The notes below the pieces were generated by a model. It saw only the letters and a program-made list of their open reading frames with translations, did no database searches and had not been told where the DNA came from. Below are positions 1 to 7,457 of a DNA stretch of 32,000 nt, piece after piece. The stretch covers positions 2,880,001-2,912,000 of the forward strand of contig NZ_LT934425.1 in assembly GCF_900232105.1 (NCBI RefSeq), given 5' to 3'. The position numbers and the translations under genes are program-made. This stretch comes from Candidatus Kuenenia stuttgartensis (lineage in GTDB: Bacteria > Planctomycetota > Brocadiia > Brocadiales > Brocadiaceae). How positions within the stretch are numbered: position 1 is the first letter of the stretch; every line of letters starts with the position of its first letter.

Positions 1-1
1 A

Positions 2-559
2 CGAGAAGCAAAAAAGCAGATATTGGAAAAGGAAAACCGGCTGCCGGATTATCTTATTGCCTGTGTTGGTGGCGGTAGTAATTCAATAGGATTGTTTCAT
101 CCATTCATTGACGACAAAGAGGTAAAAATGATTGGCGTAGAAGCGGGAGGCACTGGCCCTGGAGTAGGCCAGCATGCATCGACTCTGACAAGCGGGAAAG
201 TAGGTGTGTTGCATGGAAGTGTAAGCTATGTTCTTCAGGACGATGATGGGCAAACATTGCCGGTGCATTCAATTTCTGCCGGTTTGGACTATCCCGGCGT
301 TGGTCCCGAGCACAGCTATTTGAAAGACATTGGAAGGGCTGATTATGTTTCGATAACTGACGAAGAAGCGGTAAGCGCCTTTCAGGAATGTGCCCGATTA
401 GAAGGGATTATTCCAGCCCTTGAGGCCGCACATGCTATTGCGTATACAATGAAACTTGCTCCTGTTTTGAGTAAGGACAAATTGATTATTGTTTGTTTAT
501 CCGGTACTGGAGATAAGGATTCCTTTGAAGTGGCAAAAAAACTAGGCTACGTCATCTAG
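2..559 (+). CDS. trpB: Tryptophan synthase beta subunit, 3' portion (gene begins upstream of the window)
   Basis: The frame is open from the window edge ([30 protein letters not shown]...). TrpB C-terminal motifs are present: [33 protein letters not shown]. trpA follows directly. Confidence 0.95.
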   Translation, partial: REAKKQILEKENRLPDYLIACVGGGSNSIGLFHPFIDDKEVKMIGVEAGGTGPGVGQHASTLTSGKVGVLHGSVSYVLQDDDGQTLPVHSISAGLDYPGVGPEHSYLKDIGRADYVSITDEEAVSAFQECARLEGIIPALEAAHAIAYTMKLAPVLSKDKLIIVCLSGTGDKDSFEVAKKLGYVI

Positions 560-677
560 TGGAATACCACATATAAAATAATCGTAAGTAAATAAGGTAT
601 TTAATTCGAAGTAAAGCACAGTCTCTATTTGATTTTTAGAGTAGAGAAATCGTTATAGTTTTGTTGAGATGATTCCA

Positions 678-1511
678 ATGAACAGGATTGATAAAAAATT
701 TGAAGAATTAAAAAGAAAAAAGGAGCCTGCTTTTATTCCGTTTATTACGGCCGGAGACCCTGACATCGAAACAACAGAGGACTTGATTCTTGCTTTTGAG
801 AAAAAAGGGGCAGATATTATTGAGCTTGGTGTACCATTTTCCGACCCTATTGCAGATGGGCCTGTTATTCAGGCATCATATCACAGGGCATTGGGAAAAG
901 GGGTAAAGGTTGCGCAAATATTCGATATGATTTCGAGGCTTCGCAGTAAAACTCAAATACCTGTAGTCGGAATGATTTCTTATAGTATTGTGTACAAATT
1001 TGGAAGTAAAGCTTTTGTTGAAATGGCTTTAAAGGCAGGGTTTGACGGATTGACTATCCCAGACCTTCCCATTGAAGAAAATGAAGAAATATTTGAAATC
1101 TCATCCAAAAATGATTTAAAAATTGTTTGTTTTGTGGCCCCAACAACAACGAATCAACGAATGAACCTTATTACTCAAAGAACGCAGGGGTTTTTGTATT
1201 ATATTTCGGTGGTGGGGATTACCGGAGCAAGGGATATGTTGCCCGATGATATTGTACAAAATATTAATAAACTTAAACAGCTTACTAGTATTCCTATTGT
1301 AGTAGGTTTTGGGGTATCCACAGCCAAACAAGCAAGTATGGTCGGAAAGATCGCAGAAGGCGTAATTGTTGGCAGCGCTATTGTAAGAGAAATTGAAAAA
1401 TATGAACACGAACTTCATGAGAAGCGGATAGAAAATGTTGGTAATTTTGTTGAGGAGTTAGTTATTGGGACAAAGAATTTGCCGAAAACACCTTTGGTAA
1501 GCATTGGTTAG
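678..1511 (+). CDS. trpA: Tryptophan synthase alpha subunit
   Basis: MNRIDKKFEELKRKKEPAFIPFITAGDP...ELGVPFSDPIADGPVIQ...GFGV matches the TrpA TIM-barrel pattern. The N-terminal spacing fits the ATG at 678 better than the ORF-track start at 669. Confidence 0.95.
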   Translation: MNRIDKKFEELKRKKEPAFIPFITAGDPDIETTEDLILAFEKKGADIIELGVPFSDPIADGPVIQASYHRALGKGVKVAQIFDMISRLRSKTQIPVVGMISYSIVYKFGSKAFVEMALKAGFDGLTIPDLPIEENEEIFEISSKNDLKIVCFVAPTTTNQRMNLITQRTQGFLYYISVVGITGARDMLPDDIVQNINKLKQLTSIPIVVGFGVSTAKQASMVGKIAEGVIVGSAIVREIEKYEHELHEKRIENVGNFVEELVIGTKNLPKTPLVSIG

Positions 1512-1553
1512 TTGAAGTTTTATTTTTAATATCATTTAAAAAAAAGAAAAAAC

Positions 1554-1714
1554 GTAACTATTCAGCGTGTTTGAGCAAAAAACATTATATGTGGTAGAGA
1601 ATGCTTGTTTTGTATTTTCAGACTATATGTGGTAGTACAACCTGTGGCTAAATTTTATGTTTTTAGTCATTTTATGCCATATATGGTAGTCGCAAAATCA
1701 CGCTGAATAGTTAC
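1554..1714. repeat. MITE-like cassette: perfect 16-bp terminal inverted repeats enclosing three TATATG(TG)GTAG boxes
   Basis: gtaactattcagcgtg (1554-1569) is the exact reverse complement of cacgctgaatagttac (1699-1714). Inside are tatatgtggtag at 1586-1597 and 1624-1635 and tatatggtag at 1680-1689, the last within the palindrome ccatatatgg. A-rich tracts (agaaaaaac) flank both sides. Confidence 0.5.
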
Positions 1715-1738
1715 AAGAAAGAAAAAACAGGATATATT

Positions 1739-2008
1739 TTGGATCAGAACAAAGAAAAAGGGTACACTCAATATCAAAAGAAGGTTATTAAGGGATTTTA
1801 TGAAAATAAAGACCTGCGACTAATACAAAACCTTGGAGAGCTGGTTTCTGATATGTACCTGATAACGGACGAAAAAAAGAAGGATTCCGGCTGGAAGAGA
1901 ATTAAGAAAATACTTGCCGATTTGAAGGTGCACCCTAACGAAGTGGAATATTTGACTAAAGAGAGAAACCTTGCGGTAATTTCAAAAAAAATAGAAGAAA
2001 TATTCTAA
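1739..2008 (+). CDS. Small hypothetical protein (89 aa, TTG start)
   Basis: Uninterrupted ORF with a coherent Lys/Glu-rich helical sequence. I recognise no family. Confidence 0.45.
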   Translation: MDQNKEKGYTQYQKKVIKGFYENKDLRLIQNLGELVSDMYLITDEKKKDSGWKRIKKILADLKVHPNEVEYLTKERNLAVISKKIEEIF

Positions 2009-2078
2009 TGGCAAGCAGGAGGCCGGCGTTAGTTAATATGGGCAATTTATGATTTATCAAAATCAACCGCAATGTCGG

Positions 2079-2106
2079 TTATAAGTGTCTGTGCAGACAC
2101 TTATAA
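2079..2106. repeat. Perfect 13-bp-arm palindrome (hairpin), function unknown
   Basis: ttataagtgtctg-tg-cagacacttataa, 70 nt downstream of the 1739-2008 ORF. There is no immediately adjacent T-tract, so I do not call it a terminator. Confidence 0.4.
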
Positions 2107-2252
2107 TTGCTACGTTTTTAAGTTCTGCCACTAAAAATCAGTATGTCTGGTTTTCCACAATACAGCTTCAGATGGGAATTAAACTGTGACCCTCTCTTAA
2201 AGCGGATGTTCACCCCAAGTCAAAAAACAAAAGTGCCGTAAAAGCCTTATAT

Positions 2253-3419
2253 TTATTGACTTTTACGCCGAACAGCAAGCTTTTTTCTAGTGACTACCCG
2301 TATGTTCCGGCTTGGCAATACTTCTGGCAACTTTATCTGTAATGCCTCTAATAATTCATGTGATTGTTGCCGCGGACGCGGGATCTTCTGGCAACTAGCT
2401 TTTTGGCCTTTGATTGTTACTTCCATCGAACAAATGGTCGTCAATTGTGCGAGACCTTCCTCTACCGTCAAGTCAAAATTCTTCCACGCTCTGCGCAGCC
2501 TTCGAATTATCATGTACGCAAGCATTACCACAAACACATGTCCCCGTGTACTATCCTCCTTTCTTACATACACCGGACGAACCTCCAAATTCACCGTCTT
2601 ACAGTCCCGAAACGCCTTCTCCACTTCCGTTAAATCCTTGTATCGTTCATGTACCAGATTGGTATCCGCCTCGTTCTCCTCAAGATCAGTCTTGATTGCG
2701 TAACAACCATCAAGGTATGATGCCTCCTTTAATGCTTCCTCATCTCTCTCTATCTTTAGCGTCCTATCCTCTTCTTTTATCTGCACCCACCCATCAAGTT
2801 TCAATCTCGTTAGCCTTTCCCTTGTTGTTTCCAGGGCCTTCGATACTGACGACTTAGGATGTTCCTTCAGATAACTGTTCTTCTTCACGATGTATTTCTC
2901 TATACTCTGTAATTTTGATACACGGGTCTTTGACATCTCTTCCGCCCTTACCGGATTGCGCCTCAGAATATATCTAACCTCATCATCCTTTATCTCGCAG
3001 AGCTTTTCTTCGAACAATCCTAATTGCAGTATCCCTTTATTTATCAACGACTCTATCTGCGGCTTGGTTATCGCCGTTATGTAATGAAACCCTTCCGGTA
3101 AACTTTCGATTTGCACCGTCTTGATCATCCCACGATCTCCTACAATCGTTACATCTTTGCATCCAAACCGCTCTAATACCTTCTTTACCTGAGATTCAAA
3201 GGTCTTCGGATCCTGGGTGTTGCCCCTAAATACTTCTGTTGATACCGGCTCCCCGGATTCATCACAAAGCATACCGATCACTATCTGTTTTTTCCTCTTT
3301 TTGCCGTCACGATTATACCCGTACTCACCAAAATGATTCGACTTCCCCTCTAAATAACTGCTCGTCACGTCATACAAAAACAACTTCGGCTTATTGCCTC
3401 CTCGTCTTAATGCTACGTC
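2253..3419 (-). pseudogene. IS1634-type (IS4 superfamily) DDE transposase, 5'-truncated
   Basis: The 376-aa ORF begins inside the catalytic region (LFLYDVTSSYLEG...IVGDRGM...YKDLTEVEKAFRDCK...RPVY). This parallels LYDLTNTYFEG...MDAGV...STVEESFKTMK...RPNF of the 610-aa transposase at 7458-9290. About 200 N-terminal residues are missing. The frame is open only to a stop at 3420-3422. Confidence 0.8.
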
Positions 3420-3745
3420 TTAGAATAAATGCTCCAAAAATGCCCAATTAGTCTCAGAATATTTGAGTCTAATACCCAGCAAATGATTTGAAAAATCTTA
3501 CCCAGCTACCCCGCATTTTTTTTATCCTGCGTAAGTATTTCACTTGATTTTTTGTTCACGTTAAGAAAAATACATCGTTTACCCCGTTAGAAAGAAGTTA
3601 CGTCCGTAAGGCGGAGTAAAGCCTCATTAAATAGTTTGGAAGGGGTTAAAACCACTTCCAAACTTCCTAACGGCGGTTTACTTCCCAGTTCCCCGTTTTC
3701 ACGAGGACAAGTTTTGTAAGATTTTTCCGGAACATAAAAAACTCA

Positions 3746-3787
3746 GGGCAGGAGGACCGAACGTTGGGAAACTTCATCCTCCTGCCC
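3746..3787 (-). terminator. 11-bp perfect GC-rich hairpin followed by a T-tract on the minus strand
   Basis: gggcaggagga (3746-3756) pairs with tcctcctgccc (3777-3787) around a 20-nt loop. Read on the minus strand it is followed by tgag-tttttt (plus-strand A-run 3736-3741). It lies 30 nt upstream of the GTG start at 3817. Confidence 0.4.
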
Positions 3788-3816
3788 ATTTCCCCTCTAT
3801 ACAAAGGAGGCAGTGC

Positions 3817-4455
3817 GTGAATATTATAGAAAAAATCCACAAGCATGAAAAGCTTATTGCGACAAAACAGAAGCCATGCTTTTGTCCAAAGTGCAAGAGT
3901 ACCCATGTCAATTTCACCCTTCATGAATGCAGATATCGGTTGTTTCACGTTATTATCGACTCCCTTGTTCATACGATAGAATCTTTCCTGGGACGTTGGA
4001 AATGTTCCTTGTGCAAGAAGACGTTTACTTCCTATCCTGAGTATGCGCTCCCTTACAAGCGGTACGTAAAGGATCACTGTCTCTCCTTCAGTCAGGCTTA
4101 TGTCAAAGATGATACAGAAACCTACCGGAGTGTCTCCTCTGCCATCGGATATACTACCCGAACACAGGAAATAGACAACCGCATGCTTGCCTGGTCAACC
4201 GTTTGGAGGTGGCTGCGTTTCTTTGGCTCACTGAAATACACACTCCGCAACGCCTTTGACCTCATCAGGCAGGCCGACCCCAACTCTCCGGTTTTTCGCC
4301 AAATGTTTCCCATTTACCACGGAAAGTATAAAAGCAAACAACGAAAAACCTCCCTCGATCAATCGATTCAATTGTTCAGCGCCGAGCCGGAATATCACCG
4401 AATTTTTGGGCATTCATTTTTCCCCGAACTGGCAACAAAAAGCGGCTGGTCTTGA
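3817..4455 (+). CDS. Zn-ribbon protein of the transposon (212 aa), function unknown
   Basis: GTG start 5 nt after aaggagg. Two CxxC pairs are present (CPKC ... CSLC). It is the first gene of the co-oriented set. Confidence 0.6.
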   Translation: MNIIEKIHKHEKLIATKQKPCFCPKCKSTHVNFTLHECRYRLFHVIIDSLVHTIESFLGRWKCSLCKKTFTSYPEYALPYKRYVKDHCLSFSQAYVKDDTETYRSVSSAIGYTTRTQEIDNRMLAWSTVWRWLRFFGSLKYTLRNAFDLIRQADPNSPVFRQMFPIYHGKYKSKQRKTSLDQSIQLFSAEPEYHRIFGHSFFPELATKSGWS

Positions 4456-4493
4456 GTTACAATCACCTCCACACTTAAAAAAGGAGGTGAATT

Positions 4494-6054
4494 ATGAAAT
4501 CGAAAGACGAAAAATGGGCTTTATTCTGGTGCAATCTTCTGCATCCTGTCATCTTCGGTGAGATTGAGAAGGAGCAGACCAACCTTTTTCTGAAAAAACT
4601 CTGCCTTCAGGAGGTCGTATTCCCCAACGGAAAGCGGAAAAGACCCACTATCTCTACCCTCAGGAGAAAACTCAACCGCTACCGCAAAGATGGATTTCAA
4701 TCTCTTGCAAGAAAGGCGAGGAGCGACCGTGGCGCATCCAGAAGGTTTTCTCCTGAAATTATCGACAAAGCCGTTGAACTCAAAAAAGAACAACCACGCC
4801 GCAGCGACGATTGCCTCAACCGCTTTCTTGAGAAATACTATGGGAAAACGATCCCCAAATCCACCCTCTACCGCCATCTCAGACTCGCAGGGGCGACCCG
4901 GCTCAAACTCGGCGTCTCACAGCAAAAGGTGCGTATACGCTCTTAGCCGTGAGCATACCCACGACCTCTGGATTGGCGACTTCCAGGAAGGCCCTTTCGT
5001 GCTCGTTGACGGCGAGGCGCTTCCCACAAACCTCTGTCTCTTTATCGACTGCTACAGCCGTTATGTGGTCGAAGGACGGTATTATCTCAAACAAACCCTC
5101 GATATCCTTATCGATTCTCTCATCAGGGCCTGGACTATCCACGGCTCGCCCAAAGAACTCTACCTCGACAATGCCAAGGTCTACCACTCTGACGCCCTGC
5201 GCTCTGCCTGTTACAACCTCGGCATTAAACTCATCCACAGACCACCACGCGACCCTGCTCCCGGCGGACTGGTCGAACGTTTCTTCGGCACCAGCCAGAC
5301 ACAGTTCGAGTCGGAAGTCCGCTCCGGCGACATTATCACCCTTGATGCCATTAACCAGGCCTTCTCCGCTTACCTTGCCGTTGTCTATCACGCAAGAATC
5401 CACTCCGAAACCAATCAATCTCCAAAACAACGCTACGACGAGGGGCTTACCGTCATCCGACACGTCGATATGGACGCCGCTCTTGCCTTCTTCATGAAAC
5501 GCATCCCCAGAACCGTTGACAGAACCTTTGCCGATGTCCGCATTGATAACCGCTTTTACCGTGTTGACCCCAAACTCAGAGGCGATAAAGTAGAAGTCCG
5601 TTACGACCCATACGGCGATCTCAAAAAGGTCTTGATCTATTCCGCAAACGGTGAATACCTCGGCTCGGGAAATCTCTACCTGCGCGACCAGGGCGCTGAA
5701 ACTCCAGCCGCCTCACCTTCAAAACCAAAACATAATTACCTCGACCTTATCACTCAGAAACACAAATCCATTCTCCAGGCTCAGGCCAAAGGCATTGATT
5801 ACCACCAAATCATCTCCGAACGACCCTGGCCATTCATGGCATTCGTCCAGAAACTCGCACTCCTCATGGGACACAAAGGCTCTCTCTCCGCCTTCAGCTC
5901 TCATGAACTCGAATCGCTTAAAAAATGCTACAACCGTATCCCCGCTCTCAACGAATCATTGCTCACGGAGGCATTCCAAAATGCCTCCGTGAAAACCTTA
6001 CCCTATATCATTCGTGAATTACAAATCGCTTACTCGAAAAAGGAGGTCTCTTAA
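4494..6054 (+). pseudogene. MuA/TnsB/TniA-like DDE transposase (HTH + rve core + Mu-transposase C-terminal domain), split by a +1 frame change near 4930-4946
   Basis: ORF 4494-4946 encodes the HTH-like N-terminus and ends ...GVSQQKVRIRS*. The +1 frame continues ...SREHTHDLWIGDFQEGP...YLDNAKVYHS...PPRDPAPGGLVERFF (D, D, E core). It then reads ...VRIDNRFYRVDPKLRGDKVEVRYDPYGDLKKVLIY, which is Mu-C-like. A strong SD (aaggaggtg) precedes 4494. Confidence 0.8.
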
Positions 6055-6056
6055 CC

Positions 6057-6848
6057 ATGTTTACTTCTCATTTTTCCATGACTACTCAGCCGTTCTCTGA
6101 AAGAATCAACACCAGCCTTATCATGAAAGACGAACGCTTTACCCAGGGGCTTGCACGACTCCAATACCTCTTACACTCAGGCTCTATCGCCGTCCTCTAC
6201 GGACAGACGGGAGTCGGAAAATCCACACTCCTCAAACTCTTCCTCTCACAAATCCCCCAAAACCTGTTTCTCCCCATCTACCTCCATTTTACCCACCTAA
6301 AATCATCCAGCCTTCTCTCCTTAATCGTCTCCCAGCTCGGTGAAATACCAAAACACACCAAAGACCGGCTCTTCCTCCAAATTATGGATAAATCCTTGCG
6401 CTCAAATCTCACTCCCATTATCGTTATCGACGAGGCTCATCTCCTGAAAACCGACGCCATCACAGACCTCAGACTCCTTGTCAGCTCTCCGCTTGATTCT
6501 TCCACTCATCTCAAAATCATCCTCTCGGGACAGGAACACCTCAAATATATCCTCAAAAGAGACATCCATGCCGACTTCGCACAACGCATCTCGGTACATT
6601 ACCACATTCATCCCCTTACTAAAACTCAAACCGCTGCATACATAGACTTCCATCTGAAATCTTCCGGCGCATCCGATAAAATCTTTGACTCAGACGTCAA
6701 AGACCTGATCCATGAGTTCTCCGCCGGCATCCCAAGGCAAATCAACGCCATTTCCACCGCCTGCCTGATTAACGCTTCCATCAGACAATCACAGAAAATT
6801 ACCCAGGATATCTTCCATCAGGCTCTTGCTGAAATTCAATCTTTTTAA
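6057..6848 (+). CDS. ExeA/TniB-like AAA+ ATPase (transposition regulator/target-capture type)
   Basis: Walker A is GQTGVGKST and Walker B is IIVIDEAH. ...LSGQEHL... and SAGIPRQIN resemble the ExeA (COG3267) pattern G(Q)PEL / GGIPRLIN. An AAGGAGGT SD is present, and the gene starts 3 nt after the transposase stop. Confidence 0.8.
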   Translation: MFTSHFSMTTQPFSERINTSLIMKDERFTQGLARLQYLLHSGSIAVLYGQTGVGKSTLLKLFLSQIPQNLFLPIYLHFTHLKSSSLLSLIVSQLGEIPKHTKDRLFLQIMDKSLRSNLTPIIVIDEAHLLKTDAITDLRLLVSSPLDSSTHLKIILSGQEHLKYILKRDIHADFAQRISVHYHIHPLTKTQTAAYIDFHLKSSGASDKIFDSDVKDLIHEFSAGIPRQINAISTACLINASIRQSQKITQDIFHQALAEIQSF

Positions 6849-6859
6849 GGAGGTCTACC

Positions 6860-7162
6860 ATGGCCCGTCTCTTTTCCCCTCAACTCTTGCGCTCATTACG
6901 AAACGATATCCCCATCGATCGACTCATCACTGATGTCCTCTCCATACCTCATAAATACTCCGAAGGCTATTTCCGCTTCCTCTGCCCTCTCTGTTCTGAA
7001 TTTAATTCCGCCACCAACCCAAATACGAACCTCGCCAGGTGTTTCCGTTGTAAAAAAAACTTTAATACCATCGACATCGTCATGGTAGATTCCAACTCCT
7101 CTTTCCCAGATGCTGTCTATCTGCTAAAATCCGTTTTACCTCAATATATTAATTCCACTTAA
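6860..7162 (+). CDS. Stand-alone CHC2/primase-type zinc-finger protein (100 aa)
   Basis: IPIDRLITDVLSIPHKYSEGYFRFLCPLCSEFNSATNPNTNLARCFRCKKNFNTIDIVM follows the DnaG zinc-binding-domain layout (CPxx...S..V.......CFxC...G..I.F) but with a CxxC...CxxC ligand set. An AAGGAGGT SD is present. Confidence 0.6.
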   Translation: MARLFSPQLLRSLRNDIPIDRLITDVLSIPHKYSEGYFRFLCPLCSEFNSATNPNTNLARCFRCKKNFNTIDIVMVDSNSSFPDAVYLLKSVLPQYINST

Positions 7163-7193
7163 TCTGAGAATTCCAGGTTCATTTATTGTGGGG

Positions 7194-7378
7194 CTTAGCA
7201 ACCGGGCATTTGCTCCACGATCCTTATGGACCGCTTCATGGACTCTCTCCCGGAACATCAGCTTACCCATAAAATTCAATACCGGTAAAAGCCCTGCATG
7301 TACCGTTAAGCCTTTCCCGCTCATCTCTGCCTTGATTTTCGGTTGTCTTTTGCTGTATTTTTTTGCTATATTCTTCAT
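7194..7378 (-). pseudogene. N-terminal stub (~60 codons) of an IS1380/IS4-superfamily transposase
   Basis: ...EMSGKGLTVHAGLLPVLNFMGKLMFRERVHEAVHKDRGANARL resembles the N-terminal (G)LTSxAGLLLL..F...L.L motif of IS1380-type transposases. Plausible sequence stops where the transposon end abuts it (~7194). Confidence 0.4.
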
Positions 7379-7457
7379 CGAAATGGTGAATCTCCTTTCA
7401 GGTGTTTTTTGTTATCAATATACCGCCGAATACCTTGGAAATCCTACCATTTCAATC

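Larger units (their letters stand above)
3424..7193 (+). mobile_element. Four-gene Mu/Tn552/Tn5053-like transposon (boundaries approximate)
   Basis: Four co-oriented genes, each preceded by AAGGAGG. Composition is foreign to the flanks. The element sits between fragments of two other transposase genes. cttag occurs at 3419-3423 and 7194-7198. The ends share only weak inverted similarity: aataaatg at 3424-3431 against catttatt at 7180-7187, and tctcaga at 3452-3458 against tctgaga at 7163-7169. Confidence 0.55.

Noticed and set aside
3667-4077. 136-aa minus-strand ORF spanning the transposon leader and the first gene
   Set aside because: It overlaps the SD-preceded Zn-ribbon gene on the opposite strand and has no motifs or RBS.
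4903-5992. Long alternative-frame and antisense ORFs inside the transposase gene (4903-5463 minus, 4949-5497 plus, 5651-5992 plus)
   Set aside because: They arise from the skewed, stop-poor composition of this region. The rve/Mu-C motifs identify the true frame.
3419-7198. The idea that the 7194-7378 transposase stub is the missing N-terminus of the truncated gene at 2253-3419, split by a simple insertion with a 5-bp cttag duplication
   Set aside because: Removing 3424-7198 joins ...cggttgctaag to acgtagcatt..., which puts the two halves one nucleotide out of frame and gives a stop within about 10 codons. The combined N-terminal region would also be too short for this family. The shared cttag may be coincidental.
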